Source: an uncultured Porphyromonadaceae bacterium
GTDB taxonomy: Bacteria; Bacteroidota; Bacteroidia; Bacteroidales; Muribaculaceae
Reading direction: 5' to 3'
Length of the DNA stretch: 64,000 nt
Assembly (NCBI GenBank): GCA_947174915.1
Contig: CAMWKV010000001.1
Location: 408 to 64,407 of the forward strand
Position numbers and translations under genes: made by a program. Positions 44,681-54,786 of this stretch are shown in pieces. How positions within the stretch are numbered: position 1 is the stretch's first letter; each line of letters begins with the position of its first letter. The notes beneath the pieces were generated by a model, which searched no databases, was not told the DNA's origin, and saw only the letters and a program-made list of their open reading frames with translations.

Positions 44681-46579
44681 TCAGTTGAGGTAGACCTTAG
44701 TGACGGTCTTGCCCTGACGACGGATGTAGAGACCGTTCTCGGGGTTCTGGACCTTCACACCCTGGAGGTTGAAGTATTCAACGGGGGCGTTGAGGTCGCT
44801 GTCGGAGAGTACTTCGTCGACACCGGCGATGGTCTTGACGACGGCGGCGTTCTCGATGACGCCGGTCTTGGTGTCGAGGAGGTAGACGATAGCGTGCACG
44901 TCGTTGATGGATACGGTGGAAGAAATCTGAAGGTCGCGCTCGTAGGTGTATTCAGTACCTCCGGTGACGCTCGCGGGGATGCTGCCTGCGATACCGGCGA
45001 AGGTGGTGAGGGTGAGAGCCACGTCATTGTAGGTGGTCTCCACGCTGGAGGGCTTCTTCTCCCAGCCGCCTACGCTGACATTCTGGCCGGCGTAGTAGTT
45101 GGTCTGCTTGTAGGGACCTACATTGTCGCGGGTGAGGGCGAAGCTGAGGCGGTAGCGGTCGGATGCGTCGGCCATGTCGAAGAGGAAGCTGGTGGTGGCC
45201 TTCACATGAATCTTGTTGGTAGCGCCTTCGGCGGGTTCGGCAGTAAGCTCTACCTTGCCCAGTGCGGGGATAGCCTTGAGAGCCTCGTAGCCCGCGAGAA
45301 CTTCGGAGTAGTCGCCGGGGTAGACTTCCATCTGACGGTTGAGGTAAGCGGAGGGCACGCCGTTGGCCATAGCAGCAACGTTGACCCAGCTTGTAGCTGT
45401 CATTTCGTCGTCAACATGAACGCATACGGGGATGAGGCCGCCGTTGGGGAAGTCTTCGCGGATAGCTTCCATGGTGACAATACCGGCGGGGCAGTAGCCA
45501 CACCATGTGCCTGTCATTTCCTCGATTACGACCTGCTTCTCGTAGCCTGTGCCGGGAGTGATGCAGATGATAGATGTAGAAGCGCTCGCATATTCGGTTT
45601 CGGTATTGGCGGCGCCGTTGACCTTGGTGATTTCGAAGGTCACGGGAACGGGATTGGCAGATGCTACGTCGTACTGGAGTTCGCCATTGAGCTGGGCGTA
45701 CTGGTTGTAGGGCACACCGGTACCGTTGAAAGTAAAGGTCTCTTCCTGAGGTTCGTTGTCACCTACGGAGAGCTTGATGCCGAGGGTCTTGACATTCTCG
45801 GCGCCGCGGTTGAGGAGAGCTACTTCGAATGCGAAGGGCTTGCCGGCTTCTACCACGGGCTGAGCGCTGAGACCAGCCACGGCTACCTTGTTGTTGGGGA
45901 GCTGGTCGCCGGTGATGACGCAGCCCAGACAGAGGAAGCCCACCTGGTCGGCGAGGTTGTCCCACATGAGCTTGCCACCGGACACCATGCCGATCCAGCA
46001 ACCGCTGTAGTCATTGCCGTGGTTCACGTAGTCGACAACGATAGAGAGGTCGTTGGGGCTTGTGAGAGCGTAGCGCATACCCATGTACAGGGGCTTGCCG
46101 GCTTCGATTTTCACAGGCTTGTCGAGGTTGACGGTATTGAAAGTGAATTTGCCGCTCTGAGTGACAGTATATGCCTGAGTGTAGAAGGGCTCCTCCTCGA
46201 GGTCGTAGGTGAGGAAGATGGTGTAGTTCTTGATCTGGTTCTGACCGGAAGTGTTGTTGGTGCCGGTCCAGAAGGTGAAAGCAGTGATTTCATTGCCGGC
46301 GAACTGTGTGGCAACATCGCCGGTGAATTCAAATGCCTGAGCGTACTCTGCGCCTACGGCAGCATTCTGGAAACCCATAGCCTGATAGGGCTCTGCCGCG
46401 GGGCTATAGTTCATACTGATTGATGCACGCGAGAGGGAGCTTGCAGGGGTAGTGGCGCCTTCGATAGTCTCGGTAGTGAAGCCGAGGGGGGCGTTCTTGA
46501 TGTAGCTCTTACCGGGAACAGCGGCGAAGGCTGTCAGGCCGAGGGCTACAGCAAGGAAGGAAGCGAACAGTTTCTTCAT
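44681..46579 (-). CDS. Omp28-related thioredoxin-fold protein with T9SS-type C-terminal domain
   Basis: Start set at MKKLFASF (signal peptide). EEMTGTWCGYCP CxxC, VHVDD, GVPSAYLNR, AIVYLLD...IENA. Tail VEYFNLQGVKV...GLYIRRQGKTVTKVYLN. Confidence 0.82.
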   Translation of the reverse strand: MKKLFASFLAVALGLTAFAAVPGKSYIKNAPLGFTTETIEGATTPASSLSRASISMNYSPAAEPYQAMGFQNAAVGAEYAQAFEFTGDVATQFAGNEITAFTFWTGTNNTSGQNQIKNYTIFLTYDLEEEPFYTQAYTVTQSGKFTFNTVNLDKPVKIEAGKPLYMGMRYALTSPNDLSIVVDYVNHGNDYSGCWIGMVSGGKLMWDNLADQVGFLCLGCVITGDQLPNNKVAVAGLSAQPVVEAGKPFAFEVALLNRGAENVKTLGIKLSVGDNEPQEETFTFNGTGVPYNQYAQLNGELQYDVASANPVPVTFEITKVNGAANTETEYASASTSIICITPGTGYEKQVVIEEMTGTWCGYCPAGIVTMEAIREDFPNGGLIPVCVHVDDEMTATSWVNVAAMANGVPSAYLNRQMEVYPGDYSEVLAGYEALKAIPALGKVELTAEPAEGATNKIHVKATTSFLFDMADASDRYRLSFALTRDNVGPYKQTNYYAGQNVSVGGWEKKPSSVETTYNDVALTLTTFAGIAGSIPASVTGGTEYTYERDLQISSTVSINDVHAIVYLLDTKTGVIENAAVVKTIAGVDEVLSDSDLNAPVEYFNLQGVKVQNPENGLYIRRQGKTVTKVYLN

Positions 46580-46620
46580 TCTTTCTATATTAAATTGTTG
46601 TTTCGGATAATACGATGCTG

Positions 46621-47304
46621 TTACTTTACGATGAACTTGCCGGTGTGCTTGCCTGCGCGGTACACATATACACCCTTGGCAAGTGAGGTCGTAGGCACGA
46701 TACCGGTGCCGAGGAGTTCGCTGTTGTACACACATAGGCCGGTGATATTGTACATGGTGAAGTGCTGAGGGCTGTCGAGATTGTAGACGATACCTGCGGG
46801 GGTGAGAGTGAAGGCAGTCTTGTTCTCAACTACGGTCACGCCGGCAACGTCGGTGAGGGTGATGGTGAAGCTCTTAGCGGTTTCGGGGTACTTGGTGTCG
46901 ACGGCCTCGATGAGCGAGGTGACGGTGGGAACGAGTTCGTCGGCATCGAGTTCGGCTACATAGTCGTATTGGAGCGGGAGCTTCTGACCGGTGGAAATTT
47001 TCACGTTGGTCTTGGTGATTTCAGAGCCCTTCATGCAGTTGCCGCCGGCGCAGAGCTGTACGGCCTGACCGGTGAGGCAGGTCACCTTGATCTGCACATC
47101 GGAGGTGAAGATGTCGGAGGAGATATAGAGGTCGGGGTCCATCTTAATCTCCTTGAAATCGCCATAGTCTTCCATCTCGAGAGCATGGGAGTGTACGGTG
47201 GCACCGTTGGCGATAGGGGTGTCGCCCATGTAGAATGTGAGCTCGCGGGCGCTTGCACCGAAGGTGAGCAGGGCGCCCAGAAGTGTCAGGTAAAGTTTCT
47301 TCAT
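46621..47304 (-). CDS. Small T9SS-sorted protein of the Omp28 operon
   Basis: Signal peptide (GASA); LCAGGNCM cysteine pair; CTD MYNITG...LAKGVYVYR...GKFIVK. Confidence 0.75.
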   Translation of the reverse strand: MKKLYLTLLGALLTFGASARELTFYMGDTPIANGATVHSHALEMEDYGDFKEIKMDPDLYISSDIFTSDVQIKVTCLTGQAVQLCAGGNCMKGSEITKTNVKISTGQKLPLQYDYVAELDADELVPTVTSLIEAVDTKYPETAKSFTITLTDVAGVTVVENKTAFTLTPAGIVYNLDSPQHFTMYNITGLCVYNSELLGTGIVPTTSLAKGVYVYRAGKHTGKFIVK

Positions 47305-47380
47305 ATTTCGTTAGTTTTTGTGTTCGTTGAGTATACAGTGGACGCTCCGGGGAGCGTCCGTGCTGTCGGGGATGGTTGGC

Positions 47381-48175
47381 TTATTCTACCGTCACGTGGC
47401 AGCGGGTAGCCTGGAGGACGCCGTCGCTGTTGTAGACGAAAGCTACGACGCTGAGGTTCTCGGGCACCCAGGTCTCGGTGGTCTCGCGGCGGACGGGGAT
47501 GCTCATGGTGGTGGAGCTGTGGATATTGCTCTCAAGGGCTATAGCTTCACCGCCTACGCCGTTGACAGAGGCGCGGTACACATGGTTGTGGACGTAGTCG
47601 TTGATGCGGCCAAGGTCCACATCCTCCTGACGTGCCACGATGCCGTCCTCGAGAATCCACACCTGGAGCATGGCGTCGATGTCGGCGGCAGGGCGGAATT
47701 CGAGAGATATCTCTATGACATCATCGACGCAAGCTGCCTCGGCGGAGATGGTGAGTGAGGCGGGACGGGCGATGGCTTCACGCACGATGGCAGGCCATTC
47801 GGAAGGAGCTACGGCGCCACTATTGCGATCAACAACACCCATAGGCCATTCAGAGATGTTCCACATATTATTATATGTATCGCCCTCGGGCTGCATGAGG
47901 CCGGTGTAGCGGGTGTTCGACACAGGTATACCGAAGCCGCCGGCATGGATAGCCACGGGGATGACGGCATCGCCGTATTGCTCCACGAGGGCGGTAAGAG
48001 TGCGATGGGCGGCAGGACAGTTAACACAATTCTGGCCGGTGAAGTCCTCGATGAGGACGGTACGGGCGGCATCGACACTATCGGTCTCGATGTAGCGCTC
48101 GTTTTCGTTGATGTCATTGCAAGCCACCGTGAAGAGGCCGGCAAAGAGGATGAGGGAGAGAAGAGTTTTTTTCAT
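47381..48175 (-). CDS. Omp28-family outer-membrane lipoprotein (thioredoxin fold)
   Basis: Lipobox TVA-C; LIEDFTGQNCVNCP; VAIHAG; WPMGVVDR; NHVYRASVNG; VVAFVYN. Confidence 0.85.
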   Translation of the reverse strand: MKKTLLSLILFAGLFTVACNDINENERYIETDSVDAARTVLIEDFTGQNCVNCPAAHRTLTALVEQYGDAVIPVAIHAGGFGIPVSNTRYTGLMQPEGDTYNNMWNISEWPMGVVDRNSGAVAPSEWPAIVREAIARPASLTISAEAACVDDVIEISLEFRPAADIDAMLQVWILEDGIVARQEDVDLGRINDYVHNHVYRASVNGVGGEAIALESNIHSSTTMSIPVRRETTETWVPENLSVVAFVYNSDGVLQATRCHVTVE

Positions 48176-48196
48176 CTGTATGATAGTTGTTTATTG

Positions 48197-49870
48197 TCAG
48201 AAAGTGTAAGAATACGAAATTTGGAAACCGCGGGTGGCGGGCACATATCGGCATACGCCGCCGGAGCAGTTGAAGCCGGCGCGGGTGCGGCCGTAGCTGA
48301 GCATGAGGCGGTTGGCACAGTAGTTACCGGTGATGCCGAAGTTGTAGTAGTGTGTCTTGGTGTCGCCGACGTTCCACATGTCGGAGGCTGTCACCATGAC
48401 GTAGGGAGCCACTGAGAGTTCGAGCAGTCCGAAGAGCCAGTCTTTCTGGTCCTGACGTGTCTGAAGGTACTGGAGCTCGTTGCGGAGGGTGAAGCGCTTG
48501 TCGATACGCCACTTGGTGTCGAGCACGAAGATATTGGCATGAACGCGTCCGCCATGACCTTCGACGACGGTCTTATTGTACATCTGATTCATGTACATGA
48601 AGGTCTGGTTGACGGAGGCGCTCCACTTCTTGTCTATCTGTATGTTGACATCGTGGTAGTATGCCTCGCCCATGCCGAAGAATGAGGTGGAGGTGCCGTT
48701 GGTGCCTGCTATCACGCCGGGGAATGTCGTATCGGGCTGCTTGTGGTCGAGGCCTCGTATGTAGCTGGCGTTGACCTTCAACTTGGTGCCATAGCGACCG
48801 CCCAGGGGTGTGCGGCGCTTGAACTGATAGGCGAACGAACCCTGGAAGGCCCACTCGCCGGGAGCTGCCTGCGTAGCGTAGGGGTAAAGTGCCGGCAGGG
48901 CGTAGGTGTGGAGATAGGCGAAGGCGGGCATGTTGTTGAGCATAGCGGAGGTACCGTTCATCATGCGCTGGCTGCGGAAGGCCATGTTCTCGCTGCGCTT
49001 GGCCTGGAGAAGTGCCGAGAGGCCGGAACGGGAGTAGGATGCGCTGAGCATGACGGCAGTGCCTTTGCCGTAGGTGTAGTCATTGTCGAAGGACGGGTCC
49101 TGACCCTTCCAGGCGAATTCGCCGAGGACGCTCACATTGCCCTTGCGGAACTGCGATCGCAGGTCGAAGGCGCTCACGGAGCCGGGGAGGTTGAGGCGGT
49201 AGTCGGTGCCGGGGATGAAGATGTCCTGGTCGTCCTCGTGCTTGAGGACGTAGGAGGCACCGAAGTTCCAGGTGACGCCGCGCTCGCCGAGACTCTTGAT
49301 GAACTGCTGGAAGTCAATCTCGGCATCGCCGCCGTAGACCTGAGAGTGCTTCGACCAGTCCCAGTAGCGGCGCTGGAGACCACCGAGGACGGTGAAACGC
49401 AGGCCGGGGACAGAGGTCACTTTCAGTCGTCCGCCGCGGATGGAGTTGTCGATACCGAGCGACCGCTCCTGATAGGTGCGGAGGATGAAGCCGCTGCCGA
49501 ACTGCTCGTAGAAGTCGCCGGCAGTAAGTTCGAGGCCTTTGTAGCGACCCTTGACGTAGATATTGGGTACGCCCCAGCCTTTGAAATCGTTCTCATAGCC
49601 GGGGAGGGGCCACTTCATGAATTCAAGTCGCACGCCGGCATCGACGTAGCGGCTTATCATGTTGAGGTCGGCGTAGGTGTTGAAGAGTATCTTCTTGTCG
49701 TATGTGCCGGTGTTGATGGCGTCGTCTTCTTCGGGGAATAGGACATCGGCCTGCACGCTGCCGTGGAGCGCCACGCCGTTGTCGCCGCCGATGTTGATGG
49801 CAGCGGCAGCGGGAGCGGCGAGAATAGACGCGGCAAGGGCAGCCGCCGGCACTATATTACTTATTTTCAT
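48197..49870 (-). CDS. DUF6029-like outer-membrane beta-barrel protein
   Basis: Signal peptide; AGDFYEQFGSGFILR; alternating strands; C-terminal GRTRAGFNCSGGVCRYVPATRGFQISYSYTF ending in Phe. Confidence 0.75.
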   Translation of the reverse strand: MKISNIVPAAALAASILAAPAAAAINIGGDNGVALHGSVQADVLFPEEDDAINTGTYDKKILFNTYADLNMISRYVDAGVRLEFMKWPLPGYENDFKGWGVPNIYVKGRYKGLELTAGDFYEQFGSGFILRTYQERSLGIDNSIRGGRLKVTSVPGLRFTVLGGLQRRYWDWSKHSQVYGGDAEIDFQQFIKSLGERGVTWNFGASYVLKHEDDQDIFIPGTDYRLNLPGSVSAFDLRSQFRKGNVSVLGEFAWKGQDPSFDNDYTYGKGTAVMLSASYSRSGLSALLQAKRSENMAFRSQRMMNGTSAMLNNMPAFAYLHTYALPALYPYATQAAPGEWAFQGSFAYQFKRRTPLGGRYGTKLKVNASYIRGLDHKQPDTTFPGVIAGTNGTSTSFFGMGEAYYHDVNIQIDKKWSASVNQTFMYMNQMYNKTVVEGHGGRVHANIFVLDTKWRIDKRFTLRNELQYLQTRQDQKDWLFGLLELSVAPYVMVTASDMWNVGDTKTHYYNFGITGNYCANRLMLSYGRTRAGFNCSGGVCRYVPATRGFQISYSYTF

Positions 49871-49896
49871 TGCGTTTCGCTTAGTTGTTCACACTC

Positions 49897-50457
49897 TCAC
49901 TTGCGGGCTTTGCGAGCGCCTGTCTTAGTGCCTTTGCCGGCCTTGGCGCCTGTGTTAGTGCCTTTGCTGGCCTTGGCACTCGCCGCTTTACGGACAGCCT
50001 CGATGAGCTCGTTCTCGGAGCCGTCGGTGTAGCCGCTGTGGGTGTAGACAATCTTGCCGTTGCCGTCCACTACGATAGCGTGGGGCACGGCCTGCAGACC
50101 GAGGGCGCGGTAGAAGTCGCTGTTGGCGTCCAGGAGCACGTCGTACTCCCAGCCCTCACCGTCGACGAGAGGCTTGACCTTGTTGGTGTTCTGGGCGTCG
50201 TCGATGGATACGATGTACATCTTCATACCTGTCTCGTCCTGCCAGTCGGGGTACACTTCGGCTATGGCACGGAGCTCACGCATACAGGGCTTGCACCAGG
50301 TGGCGAAGAAACTGATGACGAAGGGCTTGCCGCCGTTGCTGAGTTCGGCGGAGTTGACAGTACGTCCTTTGGTGTCCTTGAGTTGTACGGAGGGCAGTTG
50401 TGCGGCTGCACAAACGGCAATCATGAGGCCGAGGAATGTTATAAAAAACTTACGCAT
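49897..50457 (-). CDS. TlpA-family periplasmic thiol-disulfide oxidoreductase
   Basis: Signal peptide; VISFFATWCKPC; VSID; AVPHAIVVDGNG (cis-Pro loop); Lys/Ala-rich tail. Confidence 0.9.
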   Translation of the reverse strand: MRKFFITFLGLMIAVCAAAQLPSVQLKDTKGRTVNSAELSNGGKPFVISFFATWCKPCMRELRAIAEVYPDWQDETGMKMYIVSIDDAQNTNKVKPLVDGEGWEYDVLLDANSDFYRALGLQAVPHAIVVDGNGKIVYTHSGYTDGSENELIEAVRKAASAKASKGTNTGAKAGKGTKTGARKARK

Positions 50458-50497
50458 TGTAGTGATAGATGATTGAGGTTCTCTATTAGACGTTGGC

Positions 50498-50529
50498 GGC
50501 AGGAATCCCCCTCAGAGGGGACTCCTGCC
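50498..50529 (-). terminator. Terminator-like hairpin
   Basis: GGCAGGAATCCCC-ctcaga-GGGGACTCCTGCC, 22 bp past the stop at 50552. Confidence 0.6.
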
Positions 50530-50551
50530 TGTATATTAGCTTGATAACGGC

Positions 50552-52240
50552 TTACTTGCGCACCTTGGCGGAGATGGTGCTGCCATCGGTACGCAGAGCG
50601 CGTACGAGGTAGATACCATTGCTGAGGCGGCTGCCGTCGGTACCGTCGAGGACGAGGCGGCCCGCGAGGTCGTAGACGTTGACGCTCTGTATGTCGTCGC
50701 CTACGTGGAGGGTGCCGGCGGCGTCAAAGCCGATATTGTTCCCGGAGGCTTCTACCTGCGATATACCGGCGTATTCCGAGAGATCGAAGAGATAGCCCCA
50801 GGTAAAATAGTTGTAGTCCCAGTCGGAGAGTACCCACATGGACATCAAACTCATATCCTCGGAGGCAAAAGTCGCGCCGGTGAAGACGTATTTGTCGTAG
50901 GTGGTCTCCTCTGTCTCCCAGTCGTAGCTCTCAACTTCATGTACGAGGTTGGCCTCACACCAGCTCTTCATATTGGGGTCGAGAGCGCAGAGGTAATCGT
51001 ATGTATCCTGACACTCGCCGTCTTTGATGATGTAGCTCACGGAGGGAGTGCTATTGCCATTGTAGGCGAAGCAGGTGCCATCGTTGAACAACTGATTGAC
51101 GCTCATAGACTTGCCGAAGGACAACTTCTCTACATTACCGTTGGCTGTATCGATGAGCCAGGGGGTGTTGATGTAGGTTGGGAACCAAGACATAGAATCG
51201 CTGTCATCTTCAACATTGTCTGTCATGACGAACTTCTTGCCGTCGGGAGACATGCACAGGGCGTTGAAAGTGAACCGAGGTACTTTATCGAAGAGAGTTT
51301 CGAAGAAGGCCTGGAATACCTCGAACTTGGCATACCACTCGTCGTAGACCTTCTGATAGTCGGTCACGGCTTCATCGAAAGCAGCCTTCTCGGCCTCGGT
51401 GAGGTAATCGTTTACATCGGGATAGAGTGAAAAGTCGTAGCCCGATTCGACCCATGCTTCCATAGCGGCGTTGTAGGCAGCAAGGCCTTCCTCGCTCATG
51501 AACTGCATTACATCAGGGTGGGAAGGACCTTCGCCCGGATCGACAGGAATTTCACCCTCGAGGGTGAAATAGCGCTCCAGGGGGAGATTGTACTGCCATT
51601 TGCCGGCGGCATCCTGGGTGTAGACGATAGGCTGGATGAACATACCGGAGAAGTCCCTTATCTGACCGAGTACGACGCTGCCGTCGGCGCTGATGCAGGT
51701 AGCGGTGACATACTGAGGCACTCGACCGAGGAAGTCCTTATCGGGATAGGGAAGTTCTGTGAGGGTGTAAGAGCCGTCGGCATTGCGGTCCCACACGGCG
51801 GGGAGCTGCATGATGGCGTCGGCATCAAGGCCGATTTCGGCGCCGCCGAGGTTGCCGGCAATGCGCGAGCCGTCGGGTGTGACGGCGTTGAGACTGTTGG
51901 TGAGTTCGGGATTCTTGACGATCACTTCTTTCCACTGACCGTCTTCCCAGTAGGACGCGTTGAAGTGCGCACTGTTGGAGCAAAGGACGATACCTGTATT
52001 GCTCACGGAGTTACCGATACCTACACTATAGGATTCCATACCATCCTCAGCATAGCGGTACTCTGTGCCTGTAGCACGGTCGTAGATAAGGAGTGAACCG
52101 TAGAGAGAAGAGACGACGTATTGGCCATTGGGCGACATGCCATGCCACGATACATCTACGTCAACTTTGGGAGCTTCGAAGGCCAGTGACGACATCGAGA
52201 CCATCCCGCAAAGACCGGCTAAAAGTAAAGATTTCTTCAT
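50552..52240 (-). CDS. T9SS-sorted beta-propeller-like hypothetical protein
   Basis: Signal peptide; repeats MSPNGQYVV, VTPDGSRIAG, ISADGSVVLG, MSPDGKKFV; CTD VYDLAGRLV...GIYLVRA...AKVRK. Confidence 0.7.
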   Translation of the reverse strand: MKKSLLLAGLCGMVSMSSLAFEAPKVDVDVSWHGMSPNGQYVVSSLYGSLLIYDRATGTEYRYAEDGMESYSVGIGNSVSNTGIVLCSNSAHFNASYWEDGQWKEVIVKNPELTNSLNAVTPDGSRIAGNLGGAEIGLDADAIMQLPAVWDRNADGSYTLTELPYPDKDFLGRVPQYVTATCISADGSVVLGQIRDFSGMFIQPIVYTQDAAGKWQYNLPLERYFTLEGEIPVDPGEGPSHPDVMQFMSEEGLAAYNAAMEAWVESGYDFSLYPDVNDYLTEAEKAAFDEAVTDYQKVYDEWYAKFEVFQAFFETLFDKVPRFTFNALCMSPDGKKFVMTDNVEDDSDSMSWFPTYINTPWLIDTANGNVEKLSFGKSMSVNQLFNDGTCFAYNGNSTPSVSYIIKDGECQDTYDYLCALDPNMKSWCEANLVHEVESYDWETEETTYDKYVFTGATFASEDMSLMSMWVLSDWDYNYFTWGYLFDLSEYAGISQVEASGNNIGFDAAGTLHVGDDIQSVNVYDLAGRLVLDGTDGSRLSNGIYLVRALRTDGSTISAKVRK

Positions 52241-52500
52241 ACGCGTGATAATTTTGATTGCTTTCGCGTTAAATTTATGTCCGCAAAGTAATACTAAATA
52301 TTTAATATATCAAAATTTTTAGGAACAAAAAAATGAAAATCACACGATTTTTTGTCAATTCGTAGCATTACGTCACATAAAAATCTCGACTAAACATGTT
52401 TTTAGAGAGCAGCCGTGTAATTTTTTCTTCTTTTTCGCGTCTAACTATCAGAGTCTGTTGACAATTTCCATCAAAACCGGCTCATAAACCATCATTAATT

Positions 52501-53442
52501 ATGGATAATATACTCGTAGCAGAACACATCACAAAAGACTTCTCGAAGCATCGCGCCCTCGACGACGTATCCATCGCCGTGCCACGCGGCAAGGTATACG
52601 GCCTGCTGGGGCCCAACGGCGCCGGCAAGACCACCCTTATACGCATCATCAATCACATCACGGCACCGGACAGCGGCTCGGTGATATTCGACGGACATCC
52701 GCTCACTGCCGAGGACGTAATGTCCATCGGCTATCTGCCCGAAGAGCGCGGCCTCTATAAGAAGATGAAAGTGGGCGACCAGGCTCTCTTCTTCGCTCGA
52801 CTCAAAGGCTTGAAGCGCGCCGAGGCCGAGAAAGCTCTCCGAGAATGGTTCGAGCGTCTCGACATCATGAGCTGGTGGGACAAGAAGGTGGAGGAACTCT
52901 CCAAAGGTATGGCACAGAAGGTGCAGTTCATCGTCACAGTGCTGCATCAGCCCAAGCTGCTCATCTTCGACGAACCTTTCTCGGGCTTCGACCCCATCAA
53001 CGCCGGCATCCTCAAACGCGAGATTCTGCGTCTGCGCGACCAGGGCGCCACTGTCATCTTCTCCACTCACAACATGGCCTCCGTCGAGGAGCTATGCGAT
53101 GAAATCACGCTCATCAACCGCTCGCACAACATCCTCAGCGGCAATGTACGCGCCATCCGCGAGCAGTTCTCCGACAACCGCTACGAGCTGTCGTATATCG
53201 GTGCGCCCGACGCGGTGCAGAACCTCGGCTTCGACGCACAGCTTGCCGGCATCAACGCCGACGGCTACGCCACCGCCACAGTGACACTCCCCGGCCCCGA
53301 CGCCGTTCGTCCCTTCCTCGCTGCCGCCAACGCCGCCGTCGACATCACAGCCTTCCGCCGCATCCTACCGTCGATGGACGATATTTTCGTTTCTGCCGTA
53401 CAGGCCTCCAATCAGTACTCACTTCAAAATCAAGAACAATGA
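52501..53442 (+). CDS. ABC transporter ATP-binding protein (NatA-like)
   Basis: GPNGAGKTT, GYLPEERGLY, LSKGMAQK, IFDEPFSGFDP, STH, C-terminal PSMDDIF. Confidence 0.92.
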   Translation: MDNILVAEHITKDFSKHRALDDVSIAVPRGKVYGLLGPNGAGKTTLIRIINHITAPDSGSVIFDGHPLTAEDVMSIGYLPEERGLYKKMKVGDQALFFARLKGLKRAEAEKALREWFERLDIMSWWDKKVEELSKGMAQKVQFIVTVLHQPKLLIFDEPFSGFDPINAGILKREILRLRDQGATVIFSTHNMASVEELCDEITLINRSHNILSGNVRAIREQFSDNRYELSYIGAPDAVQNLGFDAQLAGINADGYATATVTLPGPDAVRPFLAAANAAVDITAFRRILPSMDDIFVSAVQASNQYSLQNQEQ

Positions 53443-54701
53443 ACTCCGGTCTCGGCATAGTAATCGCCCGCGAATACCTCGAGCGCGTCAAGCGCAAAAG
53501 CTTCATCATCAGCACCATCCTTGTACCTATATTAATGGTAGCCCTCATGGTGGCACCCGCTCTCATCATGGCCTTCAGCGAACCGGAGAGCAAGACCATC
53601 GCCGTCATCGATGATACCGGCCGCATCCTGCCACGCCTGGAGAACAGCAGCGAAATATCCTTCGTCGACGCCAACATGCCCCTCGAAGCAGCACGCGAAG
53701 ACGGGCAGTTCGACGCCATCCTCGTGCTCGGCAATGCCTCCGTGGAACGTCCCGGCGAGAGTGTCAAGCTGTTCTCCCACGGCCCTCTCACAATGTCCAC
53801 GGACTCCTACGTCACCTCGCAGGTGGAGGACGCCATCGAATCAATACGCCTCGAAGCGTACAATATCTCCGACCTCGACAAAATCCTCGAAGAGGTGCAT
53901 GTGGACCTGTCGCTCACCGTCCTCGACATCGACAAGGAGGAGGACTCGGCCACTTCATCGGCGCTCTCGTATATGCTCGGCCTCATCATGGATATGATGC
54001 TCTATATGTTCATCCTCATCTACGGCCAGATGGTGATGACGTCCATCATCGAGGAGAAATCCAACCGCGTGCTCGAGCTCGTGGTATCGTCGGTGAAACC
54101 GTCGTCGCTCATGCTCGGCAAAATCATCGGCGTAGGCCTCGTGGCCATGACGCAGATAGTGATATGGCTCGGCATCATCGCCATAGCCTCGGCCTGGCTC
54201 GTGCCCTTCCTCGCAGCCATGCCCGCAGCAAGCAGCGAACCGGCACTGATGGGCGTCCTCGCGCAGCTATCCGACACGGGCTACATGGTATCATTAGTGA
54301 TCTACATGCTGCTCTTCTTCATCGGCGGCTACTTCTTCTACTCGGCTATCTTCGCCGCCATCGGTTCTGCCGTGGACAATATCCAGGACGCGTCGCAGCT
54401 CACCTCCGTAGCCACCGTGCCTGTCATCCTCGGCATCGTGGCGTCAATGGCTGCCATCAACAACCCCTCGTCGTCGATGGCCTTCTGGCTCTCCATCGTG
54501 CCCTTCACATCGCCCATGACCATGATGGCCCGACTCCCCTTCGGCGTACCTACTTGGGAGATACTGACCTCACTGGCAGTGCTCTACGCCTCCTTCCTGC
54601 TGCTCATATGGCTCTGCGCCAAGATCTACCGCGTAGGCATCTTCATGTACGGCAAGAAACCCACCCTGGCCGAACTCATCCGCTGGGCAAAGTACAAATA
54701 A
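53439..54701 (+). CDS. ABC-2 type permease (NatB-like)
   Basis: REYLERVK, IIEEKSNRVLELVVSSV...LMLGKI, PFTSPMTMMAR, IYRVGIFMYGKKP. Confidence 0.9.
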   Translation: MNSGLGIVIAREYLERVKRKSFIISTILVPILMVALMVAPALIMAFSEPESKTIAVIDDTGRILPRLENSSEISFVDANMPLEAAREDGQFDAILVLGNASVERPGESVKLFSHGPLTMSTDSYVTSQVEDAIESIRLEAYNISDLDKILEEVHVDLSLTVLDIDKEEDSATSSALSYMLGLIMDMMLYMFILIYGQMVMTSIIEEKSNRVLELVVSSVKPSSLMLGKIIGVGLVAMTQIVIWLGIIAIASAWLVPFLAAMPAASSEPALMGVLAQLSDTGYMVSLVIYMLLFFIGGYFFYSAIFAAIGSAVDNIQDASQLTSVATVPVILGIVASMAAINNPSSSMAFWLSIVPFTSPMTMMARLPFGVPTWEILTSLAVLYASFLLLIWLCAKIYRVGIFMYGKKPTLAELIRWAKYK

Positions 54702-54786
54702 AAGCCCTGTCTCCGGCCGCAGCATTCGATGAATTCTGCACCGAGACCGTCGTCCGAGGCGCAGCCCTCCGCTACGATTAGGTTAA

